A stretch of 36,842 nucleotides of DNA, from the IMG/VR virus record IMGVR_UViG_3300017828_000004, positions 1 through 36,842 of that record; one strand, written 5' to 3'. The DNA is from a virus. Its lineage: Duplodnaviria; Caudoviricetes. Both the position numbers and the translations under genes were made by a program. A model generated the notes under the pieces. It had not been told where the DNA came from, did no database searches, and saw only the letters and a program-made list of their open reading frames with translations. Every line of letters starts with the position of its first letter. The stretch's first letter is position 1. Positions 24,624 to 34,000 of the stretch are shown here, one piece after another.

Positions 24624-27173
24624 ATGAGACAACAGACTGCACTTGAATATTTTAATGGAGATAATCTTCCAGCAGATACATGGAGGAGTAAGTATGCATT
24701 AACTAATCTGGATGATGAAGTACTTGAAGATAATCCAGATGAAATGCATAAGAGAATGGCTAAGGAGTTCTCTAGAATTAGTGACAAGTATGGAGAGAGA
24801 GAACATAAGTATAATCTTTCTAAATATGGTCAAACAAGAGGACTTCTATCAGAAGATAAAGCTTATCATCTCTTTGAGGATTTCAAGCGTATTATCCCTC
24901 AAGGATCTATTATGTCTGCTTTGGGAGATAAATATAGACCACAAAGTTTAAGTAATTGTGTTATCTTATCTCCCCCATATGATTCCTATTCTGGAATTTC
25001 TTTTAACGACGAGCAGATAGTTCAGCTTGCGAAAAGACGCTGCGGAATTGGTTTTGACATTAGTACACTAAGACCAAAGGGAGCAACTGTAAAGAATGCA
25101 GCTAAGACTACTAGTGGTGCTGTAAGCTTTGTAAAAAGGTTTAGTGACTCAACTAATGAAGTAGCCCAGCGAGGTCGAAGAGGAGCTTTGATGATCTCTC
25201 TTGATTGTCGTCATCCAGATGTAATGGAGTTTATTAAACTAAAGGATGCATCTGATAAGGTGACTGGGGCTAATATTTCTGTCAGATGGAGAGATGATTT
25301 TGTTAATGCTGCAAAGAATAATGAAAAATATACTCTTAGATATCCGGTAGAAAGTACTCCAGAAGAAGCAGAATTTACTAAGGAAGTTGATGCTTCTTAT
25401 ATTTGGACTCAAGCAGCTAAGTATGCTCATGGATATGATCAAGATAAAGAAGAAAATAGTACTAATTTTGGTGGAGATCCTGGTTGTATGTTTATTAATA
25501 GAATGAGAGAATATGCAACTGGAACTGGTTATCCAAATGTTCAAATTACAAGCACGAACCCGTGTGCGGAAATAGGTACGCAAGATAATGATAGTTGTAG
25601 ATTGATTGCACTCAATTTTATGAGTGCTGTTCAACAACCATTTAAGAATAACTCTAGAATTAACTATCAAACTATTGAAAAGCTTGCTTATGAGCAGCAG
25701 GTTCTTCTAGATAATCTTATTGATCTTGAAATTGAGCATATTGATAGAATTATAAATAAGATCAAAAATGATGATGAACCCGAGTGGTTAAAAAGTAGAG
25801 AACTTAGAACATGGAATAATCTAAAAGAGAATGCTATTAACTATCGAAGAACAGGAGGAGGATTTACTGCTCTAGGTGATGCTCTTGCTGCTGTTGGAGT
25901 TGAGTATGGATCAGATGAAGGCAATAGGGTGACTGAAAAAATGATGAGAGCTAAGTTTAGAGGAGAATGGAATGCTTCTATTGACATGGCTATTGAAAGA
26001 GGACCATTTCCTGAATGGTCTCCTGAATATGATGATACTGAATTCTTTGATATGATGGAGGAGGAGTTTCCAGAGATTTATGAGAGAAATATGGAATATG
26101 GAAGACGTAATATTTCACTTTCAACAGTTGCTCCAACGGGATCTGTTAGTTTGCTTGCTAACATTAATGGAGAATATGGAACTACATCAGGAATTGAACC
26201 TGTCTTTTCAACAGAAGAAAATCAGTTCTGGCATGTAAGGAATAAGAAGCTTAAGGAAGACTCTGAGGAATATGATTATGTAGGAGATGATGGAGAAAAG
26301 TATAAGCAGTATAGAGTCTTTCATGAAGGATTTAGACAGTGGTTAAATAACTATGAAACTGATGAAAGTTTTGAGCCTAGTGATCTAACCGAGGAAGAAC
26401 TTAAAAATCTTGCTAAAAAGTCTCCTTATATATCTGCCGCTGGACTTGAAGTAGAAGACAGAATTAAGCTCCAAAGTATAGTGCAGAAGTACACATCTCA
26501 TTCCATCAGCTCGACTTTAAATTTACCTGAAGATTCTCACTGGAAAGACACCTTAGATATCTACCAAAAAGGATATGAATTAGGACTAAAGGGAGTTACT
26601 ATCTTTAGAACAGGATGTAAGAGAGGGGTTCTTCAGGCTAATATGGATGAAGAGGGAGATGGAAGAGGAGAACAAATTGAATACCATGATGCTCCTGAGA
26701 GACCAAAGGAGCTAGAAGCAGATTTATATCAACCTAGAGATAAATGGCTTATAGCTATTGGTAAGCTAGATGGTAAACCTTATGAAGTATTTGCTCTTAG
26801 GGAAGAGGAGTTGCCTAGTGAATTTCCTGAGGCATATCTAATAAAATCTGATTCTAGGAATTATAGCCTAACTAGTAAGGGAGAATCCTTTATTAATGAT
26901 ATTCTCCAATATACTCCATCTTCTGATGTAGATGTACTAACTAGATTTACATCACAACTCATGAGACATGGGGTAAAGATGGATTATATTGTTGAACAAG
27001 TTAGAAAGGCTGATATTACAATTAATGACTTTTCCAAGATTCTAGGAGATGTACTTGCTCAGTATACAAGTGAAGAATATTCAATGAGTTGTGAAAACTG
27101 TGGAAGTGAGAATCTTGCCTATCAGGAAGGTTGTATGACTTGTCTTGAATGTGGCAGTTCACACTGCGGTTAA
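24624..27173 (+). CDS. nrdJ: Class II (adenosylcobalamin-dependent) ribonucleotide reductase
   Basis: SLSNC, GIGFD, RRGALM, TNPCAE, TVAPTG, TSGIEP, SISST, KGVTIFR, C-terminal CxxC...EGCxxCxxCG; no beta-subunit gene adjacent. Confidence 0.92.
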   Translation: MRQQTALEYFNGDNLPADTWRSKYALTNLDDEVLEDNPDEMHKRMAKEFSRISDKYGEREHKYNLSKYGQTRGLLSEDKAYHLFEDFKRIIPQGSIMSALGDKYRPQSLSNCVILSPPYDSYSGISFNDEQIVQLAKRRCGIGFDISTLRPKGATVKNAAKTTSGAVSFVKRFSDSTNEVAQRGRRGALMISLDCRHPDVMEFIKLKDASDKVTGANISVRWRDDFVNAAKNNEKYTLRYPVESTPEEAEFTKEVDASYIWTQAAKYAHGYDQDKEENSTNFGGDPGCMFINRMREYATGTGYPNVQITSTNPCAEIGTQDNDSCRLIALNFMSAVQQPFKNNSRINYQTIEKLAYEQQVLLDNLIDLEIEHIDRIINKIKNDDEPEWLKSRELRTWNNLKENAINYRRTGGGFTALGDALAAVGVEYGSDEGNRVTEKMMRAKFRGEWNASIDMAIERGPFPEWSPEYDDTEFFDMMEEEFPEIYERNMEYGRRNISLSTVAPTGSVSLLANINGEYGTTSGIEPVFSTEENQFWHVRNKKLKEDSEEYDYVGDDGEKYKQYRVFHEGFRQWLNNYETDESFEPSDLTEEELKNLAKKSPYISAAGLEVEDRIKLQSIVQKYTSHSISSTLNLPEDSHWKDTLDIYQKGYELGLKGVTIFRTGCKRGVLQANMDEEGDGRGEQIEYHDAPERPKELEADLYQPRDKWLIAIGKLDGKPYEVFALREEELPSEFPEAYLIKSDSRNYSLTSKGESFINDILQYTPSSDVDVLTRFTSQLMRHGVKMDYIVEQVRKADITINDFSKILGDVLAQYTSEEYSMSCENCGSENLAYQEGCMTCLECGSSHCG

Positions 27174-27181
27174 TATACTAT

Positions 27182-27209
27182 AGGGGATGTGCTTCACATC
27201 CCCTTTTTT
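27182..27209 (+). terminator. Rho-independent terminator after nrdJ
   Basis: aggggatgtg-ctt-cacatcccct followed by ttttt. Confidence 0.88.
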
Positions 27210-27250
27210 ATCATCAGCATAAATTATAATAAAATAATACAAGTAATAAA

Positions 27251-27493
27251 ATGACTAGAGAAGACTATAATAGAATTTATAGAGCAGTATTTACTACAGC
27301 TAATGTTGGAGAAGTGAATGAAGATATTGGAAAAAGTCTTATTGACAAAGTATCTGCTATGAGAACTGGGGAAGATGTAGAATTAAATCATGATGAAGCT
27401 TATTTGCTTGATAGAATGAAAATGGTTTATATTTCAGTATTTGGAGAACCACTTATTCAGGATGAAAATACAGAAGAACTTCTTTACTCCTGA
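27251..27493 (+). CDS. Hypothetical protein, last gene of the + strand module
   Basis: 80 aa, A-rich leader; 3' end overlaps the convergent gene by 10 nt. Confidence 0.7.
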   Translation: MTREDYNRIYRAVFTTANVGEVNEDIGKSLIDKVSAMRTGEDVELNHDEAYLLDRMKMVYISVFGEPLIQDENTEELLYS

Positions 27494-30400
27494 AGAATTC
27501 TATCACTTGCCCACTTAACAGTATTCATCTGTTTAATTACAGGCATAGCTCCAGACCATTTCCAGGCAGGACTCTCTCCCTGATAATCTTCTTTGGATAG
27601 GGCTTCATAGGTCTGGTACATAGCCTTTTCATAGTCCATATAAACTCCGGTAGCAGGAATTGGGTTCTTTGCAAGTTGTATTTGAGCACCAGGATTCATC
27701 CAAAGGGAAAGGTCCTGTCCAAGCATAATGAGATTATTCATAACTAGCTTTTTAGCCATTGTAGGCTCATCATCCTCATCCACACTTGCAGAGAGTCCAA
27801 GAATGGCTGCACTAATCATAGCTATAAGTTCCATTTCTCTTGCTGTTCTTCTAACATTAGCAGCCTGATTTTCAGTTAGACTATTTTCAGTTCCACCAAC
27901 ACCCGGTAGAGTTTCTAACATAACCTTTAGAGTTTCTCCAAATCCATTATCTTTTAGAGATCTTCCTGTGTCTCTATAAGTTCCTGTTACCTCTCTACCA
28001 AGGTGTTGGTCATATCTTGTCTTCTGCCATCTGTAAGCTACTAGTTCAGGAATCCAAGTTCTAAACATGGAAATAAGTCTACCAAGAGCAAATCTTTTAA
28101 GTCTTTGATCTGAGTCTTGAGCATAGTCACCGTGAATAGAGTTATTAAGTTGAATAACCTTATTTCTAAATTGTACAAATTTACTTCCCTCATCAACATC
28201 TTCTAACTGATTTCCAGGCTCCCATTCACCAGGATCACCAAACTCATCTCTTTTCCAATTTCCATTTTTATCATATGCTTCCCATAGGCTTCTTTCATTT
28301 CCTTGAATATCCGTAACAGTTTCATGAAGCATTGAGGCAATCATTGTAACCCCCTGTCCAACAAACTCCGTTCTATTCTGAATAATGTAGGGATCAATGC
28401 CATCAAATTTTCTATCATCACCAACCTTAATATCTGCTGTCTCAAATAGAATAGAAAAGTTTGACATAAGAGCACTAACTTTTCCTCTTCTATTTGCTAG
28501 ATCTTTCATGAAGATTCCAAGACCGTTGATAAAGTTAGAATCATTAAACTCTTGACCTCCCGCTGCATGAATAAGACCACCAGCAAGAGCATGACCAATG
28601 TTTCTAATACCAGCAAAGAAGTTGAATCCCATTCCCTTCATCTGACCATATGGGAGAAGGGAATTATCAATAAGCTTAGACCATACTAGAGGCTTTCCTC
28701 CAAGCTCATCATATTCCTCTTGTAGCTCACTTAGTCTTTCATTATATTTCTCTACACTAATATCACCATCTTGAAACTGCTCTTCTAACTTGTCTCTCTC
28801 GTTTCTAAGTTCTTTCTTTCTTCTCCTAGTCTTGAGGCTATTAAGAGGATTAGTTGTAAGGTTAGATAGATAGCTTGACTCTCCTTCATTCTGTTTTCTA
28901 CTAATACCATATACCAAATGATTAATCTCTGACTCCACCTTATTCTGAAGCTTTACAGGACCCTCTCTGCTTACAAGATCTCCATTACTATCAACTGTAT
29001 TAGCCTCTTCAATCATTGCATATGCAAGCTCAGACATAGCACTAACATCAGTCATATTCTTGTAATTAAGGCCCATAGCAGTGAACATCTGAAGAGCTTT
29101 AATTGGATCAAGAGAAAGATCTTTGTTGATTTGCTCCTGATATTGATTTTCTGTAATCTCCCCCTCTTCAAGCTTTCTCTGAAGAGTTTCTTTTCTATCA
29201 AAATAAGGATGTTCTATAAATCTCACAGGAACTTTATCTCTATCTGCTGGAGATCCAAATGCAGTAGTATCAATCTCATCTGCTTCTTCCTGTATTTCGG
29301 GAAAGAGTTCATCCTTTGCATCCATATTACGGATGTTATCCATAAAATCTCTAAGCATATTCTTTCCTGCATAAAATGCACCATTAAATCTAAACTGTTC
29401 AAGAAAACTCTTCTTCACCTTCGGTAGAAAGGTCTCATCAAGTGTTTTTGTATCCTGTGCAGGAAGCCAACTAGATACCTTATTAATTGTGTCAGTATAA
29501 TAGTGCCAAAAGTCCTTTTCTCTTTCACTTAGTTCTTTCCACGCATCACTGTAGTTGTCTGCATCGGCTTCAGGAAGAGAATATGTATGTTCAAATCCTT
29601 CATTGAATAGATACTGAATACTATCATTCTCAATTCTATCTTCATAGTATCTAAATGGACTATTTCTCCTTCTCCACTTAGCCATTTGAACATCTCCCCA
29701 CTGTTGAGGAGTAGCATTTTCTCCTACCTCATTAAGCTGTTCCTGTGTAAGACCATCTGCAATTTGAGACTGAATATATTGCTCATGTTCTCTTTCTCTT
29801 TTACGATAATCAGCAAGCTTAGACTTTGCATTTTCAATAGCAAATTCTACTCTCTCAGAATCAATTCCTTTGTCAATAAGCTCTTGCTTATATTCTTTTT
29901 CTTCTTCAGTAAGATCTGCTGTATTTTCAGATAGTCTATTTGGATTAATGAGAATCTCAATCTCATTTAGCTTCTTATAGAGTCCTTTCTTAAGTCTCTT
30001 TCTCATTCTTCTAGATTCATCAGGATCCTTCTTGAATGCTTCTTCTCTCTTATTATAATATTCTGTTTTAATTTCACTTCTTTTTTGGTAATACTTTTTA
30101 GAATATGGACTAATAAGCTCCGGTAGCTTATTTCCATTCTCATCTTCTCTAAGAATAACTTTGGGGTCTATGTCTTCTTCAAACTCATTTAGTGTTTCTT
30201 GAAGATCCTGAATAGTTGAGTCTTCTTTTCTACTTGCATTAATGGTAATCTCTCTAATGAATTGTGTAATCTTTTGATCAACATGAGAGATATTAAAGAA
30301 GTTTTCCTTAAGTGTACCAATATCTTCTAATCTAGTAAGCTCTTCTCTATCTACAGGTCTGCCAATCTTTTGCTCAATGTAGTCTTCCATTGAATCAAGT

Positions 30401-31083
30401 GTTATATCTACAATCCTATCAACCTTCTTATCTGCTTCTTTACCAATTTCAGAAAAAGCTTGCTTGTAAGGGTCTATATTATCTCCACTACTAGTTCTCT
30501 GACTCTCTGAAAGGAATTGATATGTATTATCTGTATCCCACATATGTCTTACCATACGATATCCAAGAAGAAGCATTCGGGGATGAGAGTCTTCATCAAG
30601 AGTATCAACCCAATCAAGTTGTCTCTCTGCTGCTTGTCTTACAGCATGAACTTTTGTGTCAACATCTCGTCCATGAATATCTCCAATATCCTCTTTAAGT
30701 CTCCTGATTTGAGACTTAATAGTATTTAACTCCTGTTCAGACAATCCTGAATTAATCTGCTTCTCAAGAAAGTTAACTGCTCCTTCTAGTTGACTTGTAA
30801 CGTGATCAGCAACATCATCTTGAACCTCTCTCTGATTAAATCCAGAAGGACCTTTTTCATATCTTACATTCTCATATCCTTCAAAAAAGTTAGTTTCATG
30901 TAGAGCAGATAGAGTAGGTTCACCTTGATCATTTAGCTTTTCATTACTAAAGCTTGTATCTATTGCATCAAGATATACCTTAAATGCTCTTTCCTGATCT
31001 CCAGTAACTCTTAGAAGTTGTCCAAATAACTTAGATACTTCTCCATTTGGAGCAACTGTATACTGTATCTTACAATCTGCCAT
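27484..31083 (-). CDS. Large virion internal/ejection protein (1199 aa)
   Basis: Directly downstream of the virion RNAP gene; helical and acidic, with Gly/Ala-rich and hydrophobic C-terminal segments; single Cys at position 4. Confidence 0.75.
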   Translation of the reverse strand: MADCKIQYTVAPNGEVSKLFGQLLRVTGDQERAFKVYLDAIDTSFSNEKLNDQGEPTLSALHETNFFEGYENVRYEKGPSGFNQREVQDDVADHVTSQLEGAVNFLEKQINSGLSEQELNTIKSQIRRLKEDIGDIHGRDVDTKVHAVRQAAERQLDWVDTLDEDSHPRMLLLGYRMVRHMWDTDNTYQFLSESQRTSSGDNIDPYKQAFSEIGKEADKKVDRIVDITLDSMEDYIEQKIGRPVDREELTRLEDIGTLKENFFNISHVDQKITQFIREITINASRKEDSTIQDLQETLNEFEEDIDPKVILREDENGNKLPELISPYSKKYYQKRSEIKTEYYNKREEAFKKDPDESRRMRKRLKKGLYKKLNEIEILINPNRLSENTADLTEEEKEYKQELIDKGIDSERVEFAIENAKSKLADYRKREREHEQYIQSQIADGLTQEQLNEVGENATPQQWGDVQMAKWRRRNSPFRYYEDRIENDSIQYLFNEGFEHTYSLPEADADNYSDAWKELSEREKDFWHYYTDTINKVSSWLPAQDTKTLDETFLPKVKKSFLEQFRFNGAFYAGKNMLRDFMDNIRNMDAKDELFPEIQEEADEIDTTAFGSPADRDKVPVRFIEHPYFDRKETLQRKLEEGEITENQYQEQINKDLSLDPIKALQMFTAMGLNYKNMTDVSAMSELAYAMIEEANTVDSNGDLVSREGPVKLQNKVESEINHLVYGISRKQNEGESSYLSNLTTNPLNSLKTRRRKKELRNERDKLEEQFQDGDISVEKYNERLSELQEEYDELGGKPLVWSKLIDNSLLPYGQMKGMGFNFFAGIRNIGHALAGGLIHAAGGQEFNDSNFINGLGIFMKDLANRRGKVSALMSNFSILFETADIKVGDDRKFDGIDPYIIQNRTEFVGQGVTMIASMLHETVTDIQGNERSLWEAYDKNGNWKRDEFGDPGEWEPGNQLEDVDEGSKFVQFRNKVIQLNNSIHGDYAQDSDQRLKRFALGRLISMFRTWIPELVAYRWQKTRYDQHLGREVTGTYRDTGRSLKDNGFGETLKVMLETLPGVGGTENSLTENQAANVRRTAREMELIAMISAAILGLSASVDEDDEPTMAKKLVMNNLIMLGQDLSLWMNPGAQIQLAKNPIPATGVYMDYEKAMYQTYEALSKEDYQGESPAWKWSGAMPVIKQMNTVKWASDRILQE

Positions 31084-31089
31084 ATTTAT

Positions 31090-34000
31090 TTAGCATTTTG
31101 TTTGGAATCTATTTCTATTCTGATCAAATATCTCTTTCTGTCTATCAGAGAGTGTACTTCTAAGCTCACCAATGGTTTTGTCAAGACCCATCTGTTGTTC
31201 AAGAGGTTCGCTTTGATCAAATCCTTCATCACCTTCAAAGTATTCATTCATCTTATCCTCAAACTCCTGCTGTGCCTCTTCCTCACTTTCAATATCTCCT
31301 TCGTCATTAGTAAACATATCAAGTTGCTTCTGAAATTCTTTTTCAGCTTCCTCCTTTGTCTCTATATTTTGTTCAGATCTTTCAGATTCTGAAACAGACT
31401 CAGGGTTATCGCTAACACTATCTCTTGCTTTTACAGTCTCAATAAGGTTAAGAGTATTCTCAATAGTGAGTCTAAGGGAAGAGTTTTCAGCTACATCAAA
31501 TCCAGAAGCTTCAATTACACCCTCTATAATATCTTGAAGTGTATTAATAATTTGCTCTAGTAGAGAGGCACTTTCACTACCAATCTTTACACTATTAAGC
31601 CACTTCTGACCATCTTTGTTAGCAATTCCATAAGCAAGAAATTCCATGAAGTCATAGCTTCCATCTTCATTTATAATATTTCTTCTAAGCCTTTTACTCA
31701 TCTTGCTCTTTCCTCTCTCTACAGCCTTATCCATGAGACCTTCAAGATTTTCTATAAGCTTCTGTTCTCTTTCTGTACGTTCAGACTTATTCTTATTATA
31801 TACTTCATATGTCTGCTTATGAATCCATTCATGTAGAATAGTTCTTGCAATATACTCATCACTCTTATCAGAAAGAGCATCTTTATTTAGATAAAAGACA
31901 TTGGGAGTAGAGGTCTCAAATCTTGCTTCGCTATCTGTATTAAATGCTTTTTGCATTTCCTCATTACTATAGAATCTAACTGAGAAGTTTGTATCAATAG
32001 CTTCTACAAACTCTAGCATTTCTATTGTATAGTGATCATCTACATGATCTTTTACAGACTGATAGTATTGACTAAATGATACCTTGTCCTTTTCATTAAT
32101 AGCATTACTAAGTCTAATTGCAGAATCATAAGCACCTCTAGTAGCCTCTCTATCATCAGAAAATGGATTATGATCTAACCTACTTTGATTATCTTCAAGA
32201 TGACTAGACTGATAGGTTTTATCCTTATTAGGATTATATTCTTTCATCCTTGCTCCCTTACCAAGAGTGTCAATTTCATAGTAAGTAGAAGTACCTAATT
32301 GTTTATAAAGTCTCCACTTATCACTATCTCTAAGACTTAGATATTCATATTTACCTACCAGACCAGATTTAGGAGTCTCTTCAAAGAGAGTTGGAATATC
32401 ATTAGGATTAATATCTAGTTTTATTAGATTCTTATCAGATTGATGGTTTCTAATAATATTTACTTCACTATCAGTAAGTTGTCTAGCATCTGTAGGATTA
32501 TGCTGATAGTACTGTTCTTTAAATCTTACAGATGTTTCCATATTGTTTGAGAAGTCAAATTCATCAATTGACTCCTTAAGTCCTTCTTGAATTAGATATC
32601 CAAGAGGTACTTTATTGTGAAATGATGTTGGAGATTGAACACCACCAGATACAAGAAAAGTATACTTTACAAGATCCTCTGCGAGTTGTCTGATAACATC
32701 ATCATCAGATGTTAGCATACCTGCAAAGTCTTGAATAACTCTGATCTCATCAGTACGATCACCCTTATCAGCAGAGTATCTTACAGTAGCAATATCATCT
32801 TCAGAATTTGGAGTCTCTACTCTAAGCCTATTCAGAAAGAAATTAGTTACATTCTTCTCATCTCTTACATCCTTAACCTTCTGAGCAATATTGTTCTCTC
32901 CAAATAGTAACCTACTTCTCTCCCCCTCTACTGTAAATCCTTCAGTATTAAGCATACCATCGGATGCAAATACAAAGGATCTAAGCTCTCTAAACACACT
33001 TAAAGCCTTATCAGGAGAGATACCGTTATCTGTCTGCTCGTCCATTTCATTCTTCACTGCATCAAATACAGCAGAATCATAGTGAAATAGATCCCCATAA
33101 AGCTTATGAGCAAGAACAAATGAATTATGAGCAGCGGCACCCCATTCAGTCAGAGAACCATCAGATTCTCTGATAGCATCAGTAGTATTAGCAAATATAG
33201 GATTCTTGCTAAGATTATTAAGACTCTGAACCTTGTCTTTAGAATGCATGAGACTCTTGCCGGGACCATTTCTATTTCCCCAATTAACAGTCCCCTGAAT
33301 ACTACTCAAAGCCTTTGAAATTTGATAGAGTCCGAGATAGGCATCAATTACATCTCTCTGAGTCTTAACAAACTCGTCTTCTGTACTATCAAAAGGTTGC
33401 TGCAATGCATTTGTAAGGGAGGTTATATCGGGAATTTGAGCACTAACAACCTTCTCATTCATTTTTTCCTCACGAACTCTTTCAACGCTATCAACTATTT
33501 CATCATATGCATCTCTATCTATCTTCTGATTTTCACCAGCTTTAGACTCTGCATAATTCATTGCAAGTCTCTTTAGAACATTGCCTATAGCAGTCTCTTG
33601 GTTATCACCACTAATAAACTCATCATTTATCTGTGATTCAAGTCTATTAATTTCTTCATCAATTTCCTTAATTGCTGGTTGTGCAAAGAATCTTGCAAGC
33701 TGTTTAAGAGGAATACCTTGCTCCGAATCATTAAGCATTGCAAGAGCACTAATTACAGTAGCAGTATTTGTTGTTGCATTGATTTTATCAAGAATAAGCT
33801 CCTTAGCGTTGTCAAGAGCGGAGTTTTGAAGCTGTTCAAGAACTCCAGCAATAGATGATACGGAACCATCAGGCATTTTTACTTCAGCATTAGTACCACC
33901 AATTCTATTTAGTTCCTTAGTGCCTTCTTCAGTTTTGTATCTAACAACTCTCTCTACAGTTTTAGATCCCCTTTCTCCTTCTTTATTTATAGATCCTACC

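Noticed and set aside
24624-27173. Intein or intron in nrdJ (also checked by eye in dnaB and the SF2 helicase)
   Set aside because: Motif spacing is continuous, with no C...HN-C/S/T intein ends, LAGLIDADG blocks or intron core sequences.
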